Shown: positions 61,013 to 64,000 of the stretch, in pieces
Layout of the letters: each line of letters starts with the position of its first letter
Numbering within the stretch: position 1 is the stretch's first letter
NCBI GenBank assembly: GCA_964035575.1
Contig: OZ037841.1
Span: 930,001 to 994,000, forward strand
DNA: 64,000 bases
Reading direction: 5' to 3'
Source: Rhynchopus sp. YZ270_cl-10
Taxonomy: Eukaryota
The notes under the pieces: model-generated
What the model saw: the letters and a program-made list of their open reading frames with translations, nothing else
Told to the model about the DNA's origin: nothing
Database searches by the model: none
Position numbers and translations under genes: made by a program

Positions 61013-62950
61013 ATGGCGGGGACTTCCAGAGTCGCGCTGGGTATCATTCTCTTTGTGATGCTATGCTTTACTGCGACCACCATATATGACCCTCAAACCG
61101 CCCCTGAGCGGTTATTGAAGCTGCCCGACTCTGTTTCAACCGAGCCTTCAGAGTCAGGGTCTTCTTCCGGGTCCGAATCTTCTTCAGGATCGGAGATAGG
61201 GGTAACTCATGCAGCTTCCGCTCTTGAAGAGCGGAACGCCTCCGCAGATGCACGGAACTATCCGTCCCTTGCACAACTTCGTTTACTTAAGGCGGTTCCC
61301 CCACAGAATATTATTACCGAAGAGCACATCAAAAACAGTAAGCACACCTTCGAGAAACCGCGCGAAGTGGAAAAGGACACCGTTGACATGGAAAGCCATT
61401 TGAATATTGTAGTAAAAGGCGAGGATTGGGCGTTGTTCTGTTATGGGCGGAACACCACTTTGCCGCTCCCTTTTGGGAAGACTGGGGTGTCGCAACCGAG
61501 ATGTTTTGTACATAAGTCACACTGTGCGAAGGATTTTAAGATATTTCAGTATCCATTACTCCGAAAACATTATTACCGTGCACGAAAGAAGAAGACAAAC
61601 AGTGGTCGGTTCTTTAATGAAATTCATGATGAAGTACGAACGAAGCTGAAGACATTTCTCACAGCGACCCCGCATGATGCCTGCGCCTTTATGCTAGGCA
61701 TTGACACGATGATGTTTGGAAACTCCCCCTCAATTTTTTCCGGCGATTTTGCTGAAGGCGATTCACTCTTAGAATGGCAGGCACCGCATGCCTCCCCTCC
61801 TTTTCCCTTCATCCCAAAAGGCGCTGTCACGAACACGACTCTTCATATCAAGGCTCTCCCAGACCCTAATGGATTTGCTTCGTTCTCCTTCTCCGGTGAG
61901 TCATCAACACTGCCGTTGGAGGAAACACTGAGGAACACCACTATACGTCCGATCTGGGGGCTGAACCATATGTCGTTAGGGTTTTGCGATTGGGGGATCG
62001 ATGAAGAAAGGGCATATACCAACCGCATGATGCTTCCAGTACGCTCCTCTGTAGTAAATACAACGTATCAGCGTTGGATTGATATGGTCATTCCGCTCCC
62101 AAAAGTGATCAAAAAGAGTACTAGGCTGACGGTGCTCGCATCCGCAAAACCGTCATTAATGTTCTTTTCGGGGTCCGTATATGATTTCAAATCAAGTCGT
62201 TACCAACTTCGTCAGCTTCGAACATTAGGAACACCTCAGGAAATTAGAATTTGGCTTTATTGTTATGATAAGACCAGAAAAAAACCGCTTACTCCAGCGC
62301 AAATGAGGAAACGTAAGGTAGGGTTGGGGAGATGGCAGAAATTTAAAATGAAGTGCGCGCCCGAAACGGACCGGTCCGATGCGGCAGGGTTTTTTCCTAG
62401 CTTCAAGAAAAAGCCTCCAGCGAAGAGCAGACGAGGCAACCTATTTATGCCACCCGAAGAGTTCTCTGGGGATACGGCAGACTTCTATTCAATCGAAATG
62501 GAGTCAAGCACCTTTTGCCTGATCCTTCGAGGCTGGGGTATGCACTCCTATCGGCTGACCGAAGCGTTGTATCTCGGTTGCATTCCGGTAATATTTTCTC
62601 CAGGAGCATTGAGCCATACGAGAGGTGACGATACATACGTGCCATTAATCCCTGTGTCTCAGATCCTTCCGTTTCATGATAGAATAGATTGGGCACAGAT
62701 TGCGGTGTTTGTGGATGAAGATGAGTTGTATACGGCGGAGGGGAAGGAGGGGATTGTTGCGCGGCTGCGTGCGCTGAAGGCAGACAAGGTGAAGGTGGAG
62801 GCCATGCAGTTGCAGGGGATGGTCGCACACGACACGCTTCTCGGGGCAACAAACCTCAAAGACAGCATGAAGGTCCTAGCGAAGACGATCTTTGGCGAGA
62901 TGGCGTACAAAGCGCGCATCTACGAGAGCATGATGCGGAGGCACAAATGA
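61013..62950 (+). CDS. Exostosin-family (GT47) glycosyltransferase, type II membrane protein, ~645 aa
   Basis: N-terminal signal anchor VALGIILFVMLCFTAT. GT47 motifs SSTFCLILRGWGMHSYRLTEALYLGCIPVIF and LPFHDRIDW. Confidence 0.9.
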   Translation: MAGTSRVALGIILFVMLCFTATTIYDPQTAPERLLKLPDSVSTEPSESGSSSGSESSSGSEIGVTHAASALEERNASADARNYPSLAQLRLLKAVPPQNIITEEHIKNSKHTFEKPREVEKDTVDMESHLNIVVKGEDWALFCYGRNTTLPLPFGKTGVSQPRCFVHKSHCAKDFKIFQYPLLRKHYYRARKKKTNSGRFFNEIHDEVRTKLKTFLTATPHDACAFMLGIDTMMFGNSPSIFSGDFAEGDSLLEWQAPHASPPFPFIPKGAVTNTTLHIKALPDPNGFASFSFSGESSTLPLEETLRNTTIRPIWGLNHMSLGFCDWGIDEERAYTNRMMLPVRSSVVNTTYQRWIDMVIPLPKVIKKSTRLTVLASAKPSLMFFSGSVYDFKSSRYQLRQLRTLGTPQEIRIWLYCYDKTRKKPLTPAQMRKRKVGLGRWQKFKMKCAPETDRSDAAGFFPSFKKKPPAKSRRGNLFMPPEEFSGDTADFYSIEMESSTFCLILRGWGMHSYRLTEALYLGCIPVIFSPGALSHTRGDDTYVPLIPVSQILPFHDRIDWAQIAVFVDEDELYTAEGKEGIVARLRALKADKVKVEAMQLQGMVAHDTLLGATNLKDSMKVLAKTIFGEMAYKARIYESMMRRHK

Positions 62951-63331
62951 TATCCCCCACAAACCCGGAAAGGGGTTTTTTTTTAATTGTACATTTTTTT
63001 AAATTATTATAACGATTTGTGTGCGTTCATCCGGGCTGCGTGCCGGCATCAACAACTACCCATTTTATGATAACGATTGTGTTCAAGGTGGCTAAAGAGG
63101 TTTAGGTTCATCTTAATTTTTTGTTTTCGTCTTTTTTTGCGGAAAGTGCAACGGCAATGGTGTGGTCCCTAACACAAAACGAAATAAAGTTGCAGGGTGA
63201 GTACGGTGATGGGGTGGAGAGGATGACTATCGGGGGGGATGGGAAAAATTTTTTTCTTTCAAACCCCACCCCCCCCTATTAGGTTTCATAAAAGCGGACT
63301 AAGGTTTTGTCTTTCACGTCACATTTTTCTT

Positions 63332-63377
63332 GAAGGTGACTAAGTACGAGAGGCTTAGGGTCATCTTCTAAACTTTT
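63332..63377 (+). repeat. Sense-strand single-hairpin element, family D/F (representative copy)
   Basis: Consensus AAGGTGA-CTAAG-CACGAGAGG-CTTAG-GGTCATCTT-A(T/C)AAAC-TTTT. The F variant has a TGTG/CACA inner stem. Other copies at ~3274-3320, 4097-4142, 4175-4215, 8768-8815, 13208-13255, 16127-16175, 17175-17222, 21744-21782, 30217-30252, 31958-32005, 43184-43222, 43575-43620, 44416-44455, 51341-51385, 51693-51740, 53621-53665, 53675-53715, 60128-60185, 60273-60312, 63083-63120. All on +. Confidence 0.85.
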
Positions 63378-64000
63378 TCTTTTTATTTGTACGTGAAGTG
63401 CCTGAGTTCGCAACTTTTCATTATTTTTTTTTTAAAAGAACCACCGTGTTGGACACATGGTGGTCTCGCCGATCACACAAATAAAATTTAAGATGAATTT
63501 AATAAAAGCGCTGTGTTAAAGTGGCGCCACCTCCCTATTTCTTGTTTTGTCTCTTTCCCTTCCTGTCCCTGTCCCACATCATTCATACACCAATAAGGTC
63601 AGTCCCTTCGGCGGCCCCATAATTTTTTGTTCATATTTTCTTTGCTCCTTCCCACCCCTTAAGTGTCGTTGCTCCGTGGTTCACATATTTGCCGACAGTA
63701 TTCCAATATTTGGGGTACAAATAAAGTCCCCAAAAAAAAATCTCCAAAATCCGCGTTGTTTAGACGCCAATATATTTGGAGTATTGTATTTGCAAAATAT
63801 CGTTCAGGAGATGCTTTCTCTGCATGTGAACAACAACAGCACTGAGTTTTTTTTGGCGTAGCGTGCTATATAGTCACTCAGCTTCGCTACTGGTTTCTAA
63901 TTTCGGGGCTCACGGTCAACTAAAAGGGAGAGGAAGAAAATGGAATTGCCTTTTGGTAATCCAACAACCTGAGAGGTAAATGACGGGGGAGGGATGGAAC

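Noticed and set aside
63343..63353. rRNA fragment (sarcin-ricin loop)
   Set aside because: Only an 11-nt match inside a family-D hairpin, with no flanking LSU rRNA similarity.

Overview
This is eukaryotic nuclear DNA, most likely from a euglenozoan of the diplonemid type (inference). All nine intact protein genes lie on the + strand, as in a directional gene cluster. Four of them are split by 15 inferred spliceosomal introns (13 of 15 donors are GTATG, all acceptors are CAG). The genes encode: a low-complexity hypothetical protein, a coiled-coil protein, a secreted Cys-rich protein, a small SET-domain protein, a ~2430-aa multi-FN3 protein, a ~2590-aa BIR+PH+SH3/KOW-like-repeat+EF-hand coiled-coil protein, a ~1050-aa membrane-anchored poly-His protein with PBZ-like fingers and a ubiquitin-like domain, a CEP164-like WW + U-box protein, and a GT47/exostosin glycosyltransferase. 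The non-coding DNA holds many DNA-transposon derivatives: MITEs with TA, 3-, 6- and 8-bp TSDs, a nested 3.9-kb composite, and a decayed hAT transposase. The most unusual feature is roughly 70 copies (counted by eye) of at least six families of 40-130 nt hairpin elements. Every copy I found is on the sense strand, stems show compensatory changes and G.T wobbles that only pair on the + strand, and families share a 3' architecture (GAGG/CGGG - closing stem - AAC/AAG - T-tract). They occupy intergenic/UTR space and about 12 of the 15 introns. They are a candidate undescribed structured-RNA or SINE-like system.
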